64,000 bases of DNA from Promethearchaeota archaeon. Its GTDB lineage: Archaea > Asgardarchaeota > Lokiarchaeia > Sigyniarchaeales > SOKP01. Where the stretch lies: contig JAEOTA010000019.1 of NCBI GenBank assembly GCA_016840085.1, positions 9,366 through 73,365 on the forward strand. The letters are read 5' to 3'. Every line of letters begins with the position of its first letter. Position 1 is the stretch's first letter. The translations under genes were made by a program, and so were the position numbers. The notes below the pieces were generated by a model. That model was not told the DNA's origin, did not search any database, and saw only the letters and a program-made list of their open reading frames with translations. Shown one piece after another: positions 51,372 through 60,750 of the stretch.

Positions 51372-52964
51372 TTATTTAGAAACTAGCTTGTCCTGTCCAT
51401 CTGTTAGCCAATCAATATCCACTTTTATTAAAGTTATAGATTCACGCAAATCGTACTTCCCAGCTTCAAACAATATGCAGATGGTATAATCTGATAAGAT
51501 TGTAATGGAAGAATAGGCTGAAGGTCCTGCATAGACCTGTTTCGAAACATTCCATGTTTCTCCCTCATCATAACTCATCCTGAGAGTAAAATGTCCTCGA
51601 GAAAAGAAATTAGGGTTAGAAAATAACACTCGAGATCGCATATGAGTAGATGTATTTGTGAAGCGGAATACGGATGCTTGAGTGCCAGCTTCAGGAAGAT
51701 CTTTTGCATAATAATACGATTCCCATGCTTCTCCGCCATTATAACTCCAAGCTATTAATCTGTTTCCACCTCGACCAACACGACAATTAATAACCAGCGA
51801 CCCATTTAAACTTTCAAATACTTGTGGTTCTTCACCTTCTCCAACATAAGCTCCTTTTTGCCAAGTAATTCCATTATCATCACTAAAAACAACACAAGCA
51901 CCTCCGATATTCGCTGGAATAATTAATCGACCATTTGACATTTGAATTCCATTACCTGGCCCTGTTGCGCAGTATAATCCTTCGGAATCTAACTCTTGTG
52001 TAAGTTCTCTAGGCTCTGACCATGTAATTCCAAGATCAGTACTACTCATAATAAAAATCCGCTTATAATCTACACAGAACGGTAAAAATAGTGTTTGAGT
52101 ATCATTATCGAATATAGGACAAGGATTATGCACCGTATGTTCTCCTCTATTTTGTAAAACCTGCAAATCTCCCCATGTCTCACCTCCATCAAAGCTTCTC
52201 TTCATTACAATGTCTATATCTCCCCAATCTGCCATCGCATCCCACCGAGATTCACAAAATGCCAACATGATATCATTAGGCAATACAATTAAAGCAGGAA
52301 TTCGATACCCACGACCTATCTGATTTCCTACAAATATCTTTTGACGCTGAACACCACTAGCCCATTGTGGATTCCAAAATGCCATTATAACTCCAAATGA
52401 ACCAAACACAAATAGAAACACAATTCCTGATACAGTTAAACCTCTCATCAACCGAGCTTCCCTCTTAAATCGAAATTTTTCCAAAAATAATTTGATGCTA
52501 CCGATTATAAGAAGAGCAGCATATCCAAAAAAAGGAATACCAAGAATTACGATTAGAATGATGGGTATAGCTTCTGCTGACCCTAAATAAAGTAATCTAA
52601 AAATAAAAAAAAGCACAATACCTACAAATATATTCCATATCGCCCAAAATAATAACCAAGCTAATCTGGCATTTTTATTCGAGATTTTTTCAATTAATAA
52701 CCCTCGTAATCTGTCTGATCTTTTACTTAATACAGCCATAATCACACTATATATTGTTCCACCAATTAATAACGCAGTAAACACATATAATATCCACTCA
52801 TTCTCAGCAACGATTAAAAATTCACCTCCAAACATCATAATAAAAATAAAAGCCACGCCACCTAATAAAACAGCAAAAATTGTTAGTAGAATTCCTAAAT
52901 AAATGTCCCATTTATAAGTTTTAGTTAAAATTTGATTGTGTGTTTTTTGTTCTTCTTTATCCAT
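51372..52964 (-). CDS. GH33 sialidase-like protein with multi-TM N-terminus
   Basis: YRIP motif; Asp boxes SFDGGETW, STDLGITW, SDDNGITW, SYDEGETW; SAYS. Confidence 0.88.
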   Translation of the reverse strand: MDKEEQKTHNQILTKTYKWDIYLGILLTIFAVLLGGVAFIFIMMFGGEFLIVAENEWILYVFTALLIGGTIYSVIMAVLSKRSDRLRGLLIEKISNKNARLAWLLFWAIWNIFVGIVLFFIFRLLYLGSAEAIPIILIVILGIPFFGYAALLIIGSIKLFLEKFRFKREARLMRGLTVSGIVFLFVFGSFGVIMAFWNPQWASGVQRQKIFVGNQIGRGYRIPALIVLPNDIMLAFCESRWDAMADWGDIDIVMKRSFDGGETWGDLQVLQNRGEHTVHNPCPIFDNDTQTLFLPFCVDYKRIFIMSSTDLGITWSEPRELTQELDSEGLYCATGPGNGIQMSNGRLIIPANIGGACVVFSDDNGITWQKGAYVGEGEEPQVFESLNGSLVINCRVGRGGNRLIAWSYNGGEAWESYYYAKDLPEAGTQASVFRFTNTSTHMRSRVLFSNPNFFSRGHFTLRMSYDEGETWNVSKQVYAGPSAYSSITILSDYTICILFEAGKYDLRESITLIKVDIDWLTDGQDKLVSK

Positions 52965-53257
52965 TAATTTAATCCTCTCTAGTTTATCAATATGAAAGTT
53001 GATTCATTATTATTTAATATTCACACTACACATTTAAAAAGATAATTTTTATGTAAAGTTATTGATTATCTTAAGAATATTTTCTATTCTTAATTTCTCC
53101 CTTATCTCTTCATCTAAAATATCCACACCTGTAATCATTTTCATTCATATATCACCTTCCAATCAATTTTTGACAAAAATGTGCATTTATATATTTATAT
53201 TTTTTTATCAATACTTGGAAGGACAAGTCATAAAAAAAGGGACGAATTAGTATAAAA

Positions 53258-54337
53258 ATGGGATTATTTAAGAAAAGGAGAGAAAAGCCAGATAAGATAT
53301 TTAAGATAAATGATTTAGTGGACTTAAGATTAATAAATAACAAGACTCATATCTATATCAAGAATAAACCATTCATTATTTGTGCCCATTTACTAATAAA
53401 TATTCCAGTTGAGAGTATTCACAGTTATGATGATATTAAATCAATTGATGAGACTATAGAATTATTTAAATCAAAGGAGAGAGTCCAATATATGATATCT
53501 CCAGAAGAAGAATTCATGGGACATTGTTCAAACATTCAGGCATTTTTCGAGAACGGATTAAATACAGACATTTTGCATACAAATATAGCATTTCCGTTAT
53601 TACAAAAATTAGTAGAACTGAAATTCGAACCAGCCCGAAGAGTCTTCAAGGAAGAAATAGTAATAAGATTTAATAAGGGCACTAAAAGTTCAAGATTTTT
53701 CTTAAGTTCAGAAGGATATCTCGATCATCTTAATGGAGAAGAGAAACAGGCATTGAGAGGTTATAAACCTACTTGGTTTCAAAGAAGGGTCTCTCCTGAT
53801 TTTATGTTAAAAATAGTTATTTTAGGTGATGATAATGTGGGAAGATCAACTTTAGTACTCGACTATTTAAACTCACGGGGTTACAATCCTCGTGCCCCTA
53901 TTGGAGTAAATTTTGCCACAAAAGACATAGTATTAAATAACCATAGTGTTAGATTACAGATTTGGTTTCTTTCTAATCTTAAACTATACGAAAAGCTTTT
54001 TAAATTTTATTTATCTGGAACGTTAGGAGCAATAATAATGTATGATATCACTAACATCAATTCTATGAATAGTGTCCCTAAATGGATTCACACTATTAGA
54101 GCAAATAAATGGGTTCAATCCAGAGGAGATATTCCGATACTCTTGGTAGGGAATAAATTTGATTTAAAAGAAAACCGAGTAGTATCCAAAGAAGAGGGAA
54201 TCAAAATCAAAAATAAATTCAATCTAACAGGTTGTATGGAAATTTCTTTGAGAACAGGAAAAAATGTTGCTGAGATGTTTGATGAGATTACGAAGCTGAT
54301 ACATTTGCATCAAATTTTGTATATATATAAATACTAA
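53258..54337 (+). CDS. Fusion of a Loki-type N-terminal domain and a degenerate Rab-like GTPase
   Basis: EEFMGHCSNIQA...NIAFPLL..L...VFKEEI; then GDDNVGRST, IGVNF, LQIWFLS, GNKFD. Confidence 0.8.
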   Translation: MGLFKKRREKPDKIFKINDLVDLRLINNKTHIYIKNKPFIICAHLLINIPVESIHSYDDIKSIDETIELFKSKERVQYMISPEEEFMGHCSNIQAFFENGLNTDILHTNIAFPLLQKLVELKFEPARRVFKEEIVIRFNKGTKSSRFFLSSEGYLDHLNGEEKQALRGYKPTWFQRRVSPDFMLKIVILGDDNVGRSTLVLDYLNSRGYNPRAPIGVNFATKDIVLNNHSVRLQIWFLSNLKLYEKLFKFYLSGTLGAIIMYDITNINSMNSVPKWIHTIRANKWVQSRGDIPILLVGNKFDLKENRVVSKEEGIKIKNKFNLTGCMEISLRTGKNVAEMFDEITKLIHLHQILYIYKY

Positions 54338-54396
54338 TATCTATAAAAAACGGACATTACATTAATTATGATTGGTATTTATGTACTATTTTTATT

Positions 54397-54960
54397 TCAA
54401 ATCTTCTCTTTTTCTATATTACTTATATCAATTCCAAGTTGATACGCTTCTTCTAATTGATCTTGGCACATATTAATTGGAATATCTTTTTGTTCGTCTT
54501 TATTATAGGTACAGCATATAATTATGAATAATTTGATGTTAAAAAATGGCGCTATCCGTTCAAAAAATGCAACTGTTGATTCACAGTGATGGCGATAAGT
54601 AATTATGACTACAAATGTTTTGTTTCCAAAATCCTCCCAAGCAAGGGCCTCCATTCTATCGAATACAGTTTTTAATTGAGCCGTCATATACCCCCAATAC
54701 ATAGGAGTGGCAAAAACTATCGTGTCTGCTTTTTTATATGCTGAATAAATTTCTTCCATATCATCTTTTATAGCACAGCTATGATTTACTGATGTTGCGC
54801 ATGTTAGACATCCTTGACATGGTTTAATATTTAATTCGTTGGTATAAAAATGTTTTACTTCCTTGTCTCCATTTTTATTCAATCCTCTTATGAAATAATC
54901 AACTAAAGTGTCTGAGTTTTGATTTTTTCTTGGGCTACCATGGATTATTATAGTTTTCAA
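54397..54960 (-). CDS. Flavodoxin / iron-sulfur flavoprotein family
   Basis: GSPRKNQNS, CQGCLTC...C, ATPMYW, LKTVFDR. Confidence 0.9.
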   Translation of the reverse strand: MKTIIIHGSPRKNQNSDTLVDYFIRGLNKNGDKEVKHFYTNELNIKPCQGCLTCATSVNHSCAIKDDMEEIYSAYKKADTIVFATPMYWGYMTAQLKTVFDRMEALAWEDFGNKTFVVIITYRHHCESTVAFFERIAPFFNIKLFIIICCTYNKDEQKDIPINMCQDQLEEAYQLGIDISNIEKEKI

Positions 54961-55080
54961 TACAATAAACTCTCTTTCTAAAAATACTTTTATTATCCAC
55001 TAAATTTTTGCTTATTTATAAGAATTTGTTAGTAAAAAGTTTAATAGACAAGATATTATGGAAAAATCATATAATTTTAT

Positions 55081-55137
55081 GAAAAAATGTTGCTGAGATG
55101 TTTGATGAGATTGCGAAGTTGATATATTTGCATCAAA
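55081..55137 (+). repeat. Copy of the 3' end of the Rab-fusion gene
   Basis: 57 nt with 3 mismatches to 54258-54314. Confidence 0.9.
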
Positions 55138-55288
55138 GTTCAAATTCCTAATAAAAATAATGATATGAGCTTCTCTATATTACATTGATTTAAATGTTTA
55201 AAATTTTTTATTTTGATTCAGAAGCCAAGCTTGAACCTAGTTCTTAATTTCTCCCGTTATCTCTTCATCTAAAATATTTGAAGGAATT

Positions 55289-56128
55289 TCATTCTTCTTT
55301 TTTCTTCTTATCATTTCCTTCACTTACTTTTTTTCCGTTAACTTCTCCTTCTAAAACTCGAATTAACTCTTTTTTGCTTTTTTGGGCATCAATCTCCAAT
55401 TCTTCTTCTGTGGAAAACAAGCCGTTTTCATCCTCAATATCAAGCTCTGTCATTTTTTCTATGTATCCTTCATATAAATCATCAATGATTTTATTTAAAT
55501 TTGAAACCGAATCTCTGATATTAGAGTTCGCGTTCCGAGAATCCTCGGATAAACTAATCTCTTTACTGATTTTCTTCACCTCTCTTGACATTTTTTCTAA
55601 GGATTCAAATATATACCGGTCATCTAATAGCAATGTTATTTTCTCTTCTTCTGATATTTTTCGTGTATCCTCCAAAATTTCCCAATATAAATCCTGTACC
55701 CCCTCTTTGATTAAGGAATCGTTTTTTCTTATACGTTCTTTGTCACTTTCATCATACTTGTTTAATTCCTTTATGTAGAACCCAGTAAAAATGTCCTCAT
55801 TCGATTGCATCTTTTCTGAAAATTTTTTACCTAAATTAGAAATAGTCTCTTCAATTTCAAGTGAAATTTGCTGATTAGTCATTATTGAAAGCATCAACAT
55901 TTCTTCATTACCCCGAGCCCAGTCTGAGTAAATTTGAAAGTAATAATTTAATAACTTTAAACTTTCGAAAGATTGCGTCAAAAATTCTTCCTTCTTCGGT
56001 TGATTCATAAGCTCATATATTCTATCTACTACTTCTTCATCTACCTTAGTTTTTGGAAATGAATAAAATATTGATGGCCCTATTCTTGTATGAAAATACG
56101 ATAATATAACTATCGTTTTAATCCACAC
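55289..56128 (-). CDS. Longin/uDENN-like (NPRL2-like N-terminus) protein with acidic coiled-coil tail
   Basis: ILSYFHTRIGPSIFYSFP, NYYFQIYSDWARG.EEMLMLS. Confidence 0.6.
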   Translation of the reverse strand: MWIKTIVILSYFHTRIGPSIFYSFPKTKVDEEVVDRIYELMNQPKKEEFLTQSFESLKLLNYYFQIYSDWARGNEEMLMLSIMTNQQISLEIEETISNLGKKFSEKMQSNEDIFTGFYIKELNKYDESDKERIRKNDSLIKEGVQDLYWEILEDTRKISEEEKITLLLDDRYIFESLEKMSREVKKISKEISLSEDSRNANSNIRDSVSNLNKIIDDLYEGYIEKMTELDIEDENGLFSTEEELEIDAQKSKKELIRVLEGEVNGKKVSEGNDKKKKEE

Positions 56129-56224
56129 TCCATATCCTTCTACTCTAAGAATATATAAGAAAATCTCAGCATATAAATTTCACATTTTTAATTAATATAT
56201 GTAATTTTTGGATTTAACTCATAA

Positions 56225-58000
56225 CCTTACACTTATTTATAAACACTTGGAAATTTCTATAAAATTCCAAAATTTATTCCAATCATCAACCCTTCCTGAG
56301 GGGCAAAGGCCAGCCCTAAGGTTATCAGGCTGTTCGCTCGTCACCGAGTTCAAGACATACTTCATTTGTAATGCTTTTTTCATTACTTCGGAAGTCTTGA
56401 AGGACGTTATCCCACAATACTTGAAAAAATCGTGGAGTCTAGCCCAATTATAGTAGGGACTGCTTGGTTTCAAACGGGGCTTTATAGCGTCCCCGACTTG
56501 TGCAAGCAACCACTTATAAATGGTGGGAATCTCTTCCTTAAACCCCAGACCTTTTCGAGCAATCACGTAACTTGCTAATACGTGCCTAGATAAATTACGT
56601 GAGCGTGAATAGTTATACTTGCCAATTAAAGAAGTATACGCAGGATGCACTTTTTTTATTGCTATACCTCTTTTAAGGCACTTTCGTTCTAATAATTCTA
56701 ATGCTGATGTTTTAAAATTGCTTAATTTTTTATTGCGTTTTTTACTATAAGAAAATTCCTGGTTAAAGGATAGGTCTTCAATCACCAGTCCTTTCTTTTT
56801 ATTAATGCAATAGTTAACCACTTTATCCATCTTATAACTGATATAATCGGCGCGCCTGTTTTTACGATATGTGTGTAAGTTATTAAAGAAGATCTCATGA
56901 TAGCTCTTGAAATCACCTTCTTTATCTACATTACATAGAGAAATAAAATTATAATTCATGTCAAGTCCTACTGCTCCGTTTTCAAAACCATGGCATTGTT
57001 TTGATTTGGGAATTTCATAGGAGATGTGAGCAAAATATCGAACTTTTCCTCTAATAATTCGTCTTACTACTTCTACTTGATATAATTCTAAGCTGAGGAT
57101 CTCGTGAAACCATTTCTCTTGTACATAGTTAACGATAAAAGGAATTATCAACCATTTTTTATCTTTATCCTTAGAAAACGTACGAATTTTTAGAGTCATG
57201 TCAGGAAGAATTTTTAGATTTAAATTAATTCCTTGTCTCTTCCCCACGCAACAAAATGAGGAGTCTCTTCTTATCCTAAACTCCCCCTTACTTATATTTC
57301 CTAAAATCATCTCCCGAAACAATTTTTTCGTACCAAATACGACAGGTTTTAATCGTAAAGAAATTAATTTATTCTGAACTGAATATAAACGGGAATAAAG
57401 CCCCCTTAATCTCCTATCTCTCTTGTCTTTTTGTTTTACTTGTTCAATCTTCTTGATAATTGTGATAATTTGATGTTTCAGGTATCTTTCACGTTTTTCA
57501 TACCATGTTTGCTGTTGAGCAAGCTTTGTCTCATTATCTTTTAAGATGCTATTCACATACGGATTGTTATGGCAAAGTTCCATTAATTGGGGCTGGATTA
57601 AGTTCCATTTTTCTGTGTTAGTGAGATTAGAATCCTTTAACTGAAAAAAGAGTTTATATCCCACTCGCTTGATTTTATTATAAATAGCGATGATTTCATG
57701 TAATTTCTGCTCTTGCGAAACCGTTGGATGCAATCGAAATTTTATGGTTTGCTTCATCTATAAATCTCTATAATTTTAACTATTTAAATAATAAATTTTT
57801 ATAATTCTTCCTTTGAAAGTTCTTTTTTCATTTTATTTGCTTTATTCTTTCCTTTTCTTTTTCTGTAAAGCCGACTGCTTGAGATATAAAAAATACTAAG
57901 AGAATAAAACATAATTATAAAATTTAAAAAAGGTGAGAGATACATATTTTTGATTTTTATAGAAATTTGCAAATTTTTATAAAATTTCAACAAACAGTTG
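56225..58000 (-). mobile_element. Non-autonomous IS607-like element (tnpB plus probable tnpA remnant); boundaries approximate
   Basis: Imperfect inverted repeat 56237-56273 / 57947-57983 (32 of 37 by manual alignment); SSRLYRKRKGKNK remnant upstream of tnpB. Confidence 0.6.
56237..57757 (-). CDS. tnpB: TnpB-related RNA-guided nuclease-like protein
   Basis: TIKFRLHP N-terminus; RuvC-I GLDMN; RuvC-II VIEDL; VHPAYTSLIG...RHVLASYVIARKG. Confidence 0.88.
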   Translation of the reverse strand: MKQTIKFRLHPTVSQEQKLHEIIAIYNKIKRVGYKLFFQLKDSNLTNTEKWNLIQPQLMELCHNNPYVNSILKDNETKLAQQQTWYEKRERYLKHQIITIIKKIEQVKQKDKRDRRLRGLYSRLYSVQNKLISLRLKPVVFGTKKLFREMILGNISKGEFRIRRDSSFCCVGKRQGINLNLKILPDMTLKIRTFSKDKDKKWLIIPFIVNYVQEKWFHEILSLELYQVEVVRRIIRGKVRYFAHISYEIPKSKQCHGFENGAVGLDMNYNFISLCNVDKEGDFKSYHEIFFNNLHTYRKNRRADYISYKMDKVVNYCINKKKGLVIEDLSFNQEFSYSKKRNKKLSNFKTSALELLERKCLKRGIAIKKVHPAYTSLIGKYNYSRSRNLSRHVLASYVIARKGLGFKEEIPTIYKWLLAQVGDAIKPRLKPSSPYYNWARLHDFFKYCGITSFKTSEVMKKALQMKYVLNSVTSEQPDNLRAGLCPSGRVDDWNKFWNFIEISKCL

Positions 58001-58026
58001 ATATAATAATAAAAAAAAGAAATTCT

Positions 58027-58971
58027 CTAGCCTAGTGTTATTTTAAGTCGATTAAGCATTGTTATTACAAAATGAGATGTCTCCTCACGTATGTACAATG
58101 TATTCTTTACATAATTCTGAAGTAGCTCTTTCAATTCTAAATAATAAAATTCTTTATCTAGAGCACGGGGATCTTCCTTAATATTTGCTTTATTTAAATG
58201 AAGAGACGCCATTTCTTGAAAAATTAATTCCATTGCTAATTCAATATAAGTTTTTTGTAAAAGCTTTTCATCTTTTTCACTTAGGTCGTAATATTGGACT
58301 ACCGCTTTTTCTCGAATTCTAATAAGATTTATAATATTCTCTTTTATTTCATATGGTATATATAAAGCCCCAATTTTTGCGATAGTGGTGTCTAAATCAA
58401 TCGTAATCTTCAATGACTCAATATATTTCTCTAGATGTGATAAAAATCTTATTAAAAATTTAAATGAATCAATCTGAGAATCAATCTTCCACATCTTATA
58501 CAAAAATCCCCAGTCGGGTAAAACTAAATCATCTAAAACCTTTAAAATCCTCTGTTTTAACTCCCCTATTAGGTCTGTATTATAATAATGGGCTTCCCTA
58601 TAGGGTTTATCAAGATTATGGAATTTATATTCATAATGCTTTCCATTTTCTTTGAATTCTCGAAAATGAAGGATGGATCTCGAATCTTCGTCTAAATATT
58701 CTTTTTTCCCGATTTCCGCTGCAAATTTAATAACGTATTTACATTCGGGACAAATTGTAACCCAAGAGCGACTAACTATATTCGGAGGTTGAAACCCTCC
58801 ATTTGAACTCTTAAATTTAAATTTATTTACTATGTGAACGGGAGCACTTACCTCGAATTTCGATTTCTCGAGATGAAAAAATCTTGGAATGAATTTAACA
58901 CTACATAAAGGGCACTTTATTTTCTTCTTCTTCACACTACTTGCTTGAAGCATTTTAAATTTTTTTAACAC
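58027..58971 (-). CDS. Hypothetical protein with N-terminal Cys pairs
   Basis: CPLC...CPEC; 314 aa ORF. Confidence 0.7.
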   Translation of the reverse strand: MLKKFKMLQASSVKKKKIKCPLCSVKFIPRFFHLEKSKFEVSAPVHIVNKFKFKSSNGGFQPPNIVSRSWVTICPECKYVIKFAAEIGKKEYLDEDSRSILHFREFKENGKHYEYKFHNLDKPYREAHYYNTDLIGELKQRILKVLDDLVLPDWGFLYKMWKIDSQIDSFKFLIRFLSHLEKYIESLKITIDLDTTIAKIGALYIPYEIKENIINLIRIREKAVVQYYDLSEKDEKLLQKTYIELAMELIFQEMASLHLNKANIKEDPRALDKEFYYLELKELLQNYVKNTLYIREETSHFVITMLNRLKITLG

Positions 58972-59356
58972 TTGCTATCCTATAACTAGCCCAATAATTC
59001 TAAACTATTAAAAAATAATTATTATAGAAAAAATAAATTATTGCGAAATCTAAGTTAATACTTTAGTTCAGTTATTTTGAATAGATTTTTAGAGTTATCT
59101 CTTTAATTTAGGGCCCATTAATCCATTTACTCTTTTAAGAGGATTCTTTATTGAGATTGATCTTTCATAATGACAGGAGTAGTAGTCTTAGCTTTTCTTT
59201 CCTTTCTGTTATCATAGCCAAAATTTAATAACTGAACGCTTATTATAACTGGTAAAATACTTATTTGATATGAGTAAAAATCCAATTATAAAAGGAGAAT
59301 AATAAAAAAAAATTTTAACTCTCAATTTTATAGATAATGCACTCCCTAATTCAACT

Positions 59357-59587
59357 TTAGCCCCCTCTACTAACTCCAAGTATTCCTTTACAATGAGTGC
59401 ATATACTGATCATCATATATGTATCCCCTGGTTTTACAGAACGACGACCCGCGTCTCTAAGACCTGGAGTCATAGTAGATATGTTATAAATACCATCTGT
59501 ATATGCCACCCCTCTTTTACTATAATCCATGCTTATTTTGGATTGACATATAGGACACACAATATATTCGGGATATTCTACCGTAAT
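59357..59587 (-). CDS. Small zinc-ribbon protein, copy 2, probable ATT start
   Basis: (I)TVEYPEYIVCPICQSK...ICTHCKGILGVSRGG; AGGAGTGA 6 nt before ATT. Confidence 0.78.
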   Translation of the reverse strand: MTVEYPEYIVCPICQSKISMDYSKRGVAYTDGIYNISTMTPGLRDAGRRSVKPGDTYMMISICTHCKGILGVSRGG

Positions 59588-59970
59588 GTTTAATCACTCC
59601 TTTTCCGTTCTTTATTTTATAGAGTGGACCTCACATTTTTATGAGATCCTTCTCGATAATTGCCCTTTTGTTAATATGATATATAAAGCTATAGGTTTTT
59701 CCAATAAAAAGAAAGGGTGCCTCTTGCGTGTTATAACTTCAAATCTTATTTAAGCTAAAAATAAATATTTATTATTATTAATGAAATATTTAATATAATC
59801 CTCGTAAAAGAACGTAAAATAATAATTTGTAATATAAATAAATCATAATTTTTGAAAAGAAATAGTTAACAGTAATCCTGCTGTCCAACAAATAAATAAA
59901 AATTTAATAAAAAAATAAGGTGAGTAAATAATTATTGAACTTGATGAGATAAAATATCGAGATAACTAAC

Positions 59971-60402
59971 GTGGTTAAATTTGCTGCTGAGATGGGTTTA
60001 GGAGGCGTGATTATCAATGTTGTAAGATTAAACTCACATCAAAATGATTGGATATATCAGCAATTCGATAATATAATGGAACAGTTTCAAAAAGCACATA
60101 AAATAGCAGAAGCTTATAATGTTATATTAAAATTACCAGATCACATTGGTAAAATTCCAATTAATAAAAATATATCCAATCCGTCATGTCAACTGCATTG
60201 TAAAAACCCTTGGGAAGAAGTTTATATCAGATACAATGGAGACCTTACCGTTTGTAATATGTTAAATCCTTATATTTATGGAAACTGTCAAAATTATTCC
60301 TTTGAAGAAATTTGGAAAGGTCTAAATGCTGAATTATTTAGAGCCTTTGTGAATACGAAATATCGACACTATTATTGTGAAGATTGTTATTATTTAATTT
60401 AA
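59971..60402 (+). pseudogene. C-terminal fragment of a radical SAM/SPASM protein
   Basis: CKNPWEEVYIRYNGDLTVC...GN....SFEEIW...CEDC; no CxxxCxxC core upstream. Confidence 0.65.
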
Positions 60403-60478
60403 TTAAAATTTGGTGTGTTTAATGAAAACACTCGCACACCACTATTTATTCTTAATCATAAAAAAGGAGGTGAAGAAT

Positions 60479-60607
60479 ATGGGAAAGAATAAAATGACTT
60501 CAAAAGCAGCTCGTAGAATCCAATCCCATGCTGACAAAACTGGTAAGAATCTAGATTTTAAAGCTAGAGCTCAAAGAGCTGCTACCAAAAATACTAGCAA
60601 AAAGTAA
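60479..60607 (+). CDS. 42-aa basic microprotein (SMP/LEA-like AARRIQS motif)
   Basis: Perfect AGGAGGTGA RBS, then MGKNKMTSKAARRIQSHADKTGKNLDFKARAQRAATKNTSKK. Confidence 0.75.
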   Translation: MGKNKMTSKAARRIQSHADKTGKNLDFKARAQRAATKNTSKK

Positions 60608-60750
60608 TTGAATAAATTTAGTTTCATTTTTTTTTTATACTTCAGTATTATAATTTAGTCTATAGAGAGACTCTTAGGTTTTGTTTTTTACCATCTTATC
60701 TTTTTCTGAATATATAAAATTTAATATCAATCTTTCTTAATGAATAACAG

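Noticed and set aside
55278-55778. 166-aa plus-strand ORF and similar shadow ORFs (e.g. 1398..1721, 12090..12428, 17884..18189, 24717..25010, 63728..64000)
   Set aside because: They overlap well-supported genes in another frame or strand and have low-complexity composition with no recognisable motifs.
57799-57993. 64-aa ORF as a real gene
   Set aside because: It runs through the element's terminal repeat; only the last part looks coding (possible tnpA remnant).
36530-59710. Paired repeats (zinc-ribbon copies, Rab-end repeat, EFR1 and msrA scars) as DGR template/variable repeats
   Set aside because: Mismatches involve all bases and are often synonymous rather than adenine-specific; no reverse transcriptase is in the window.
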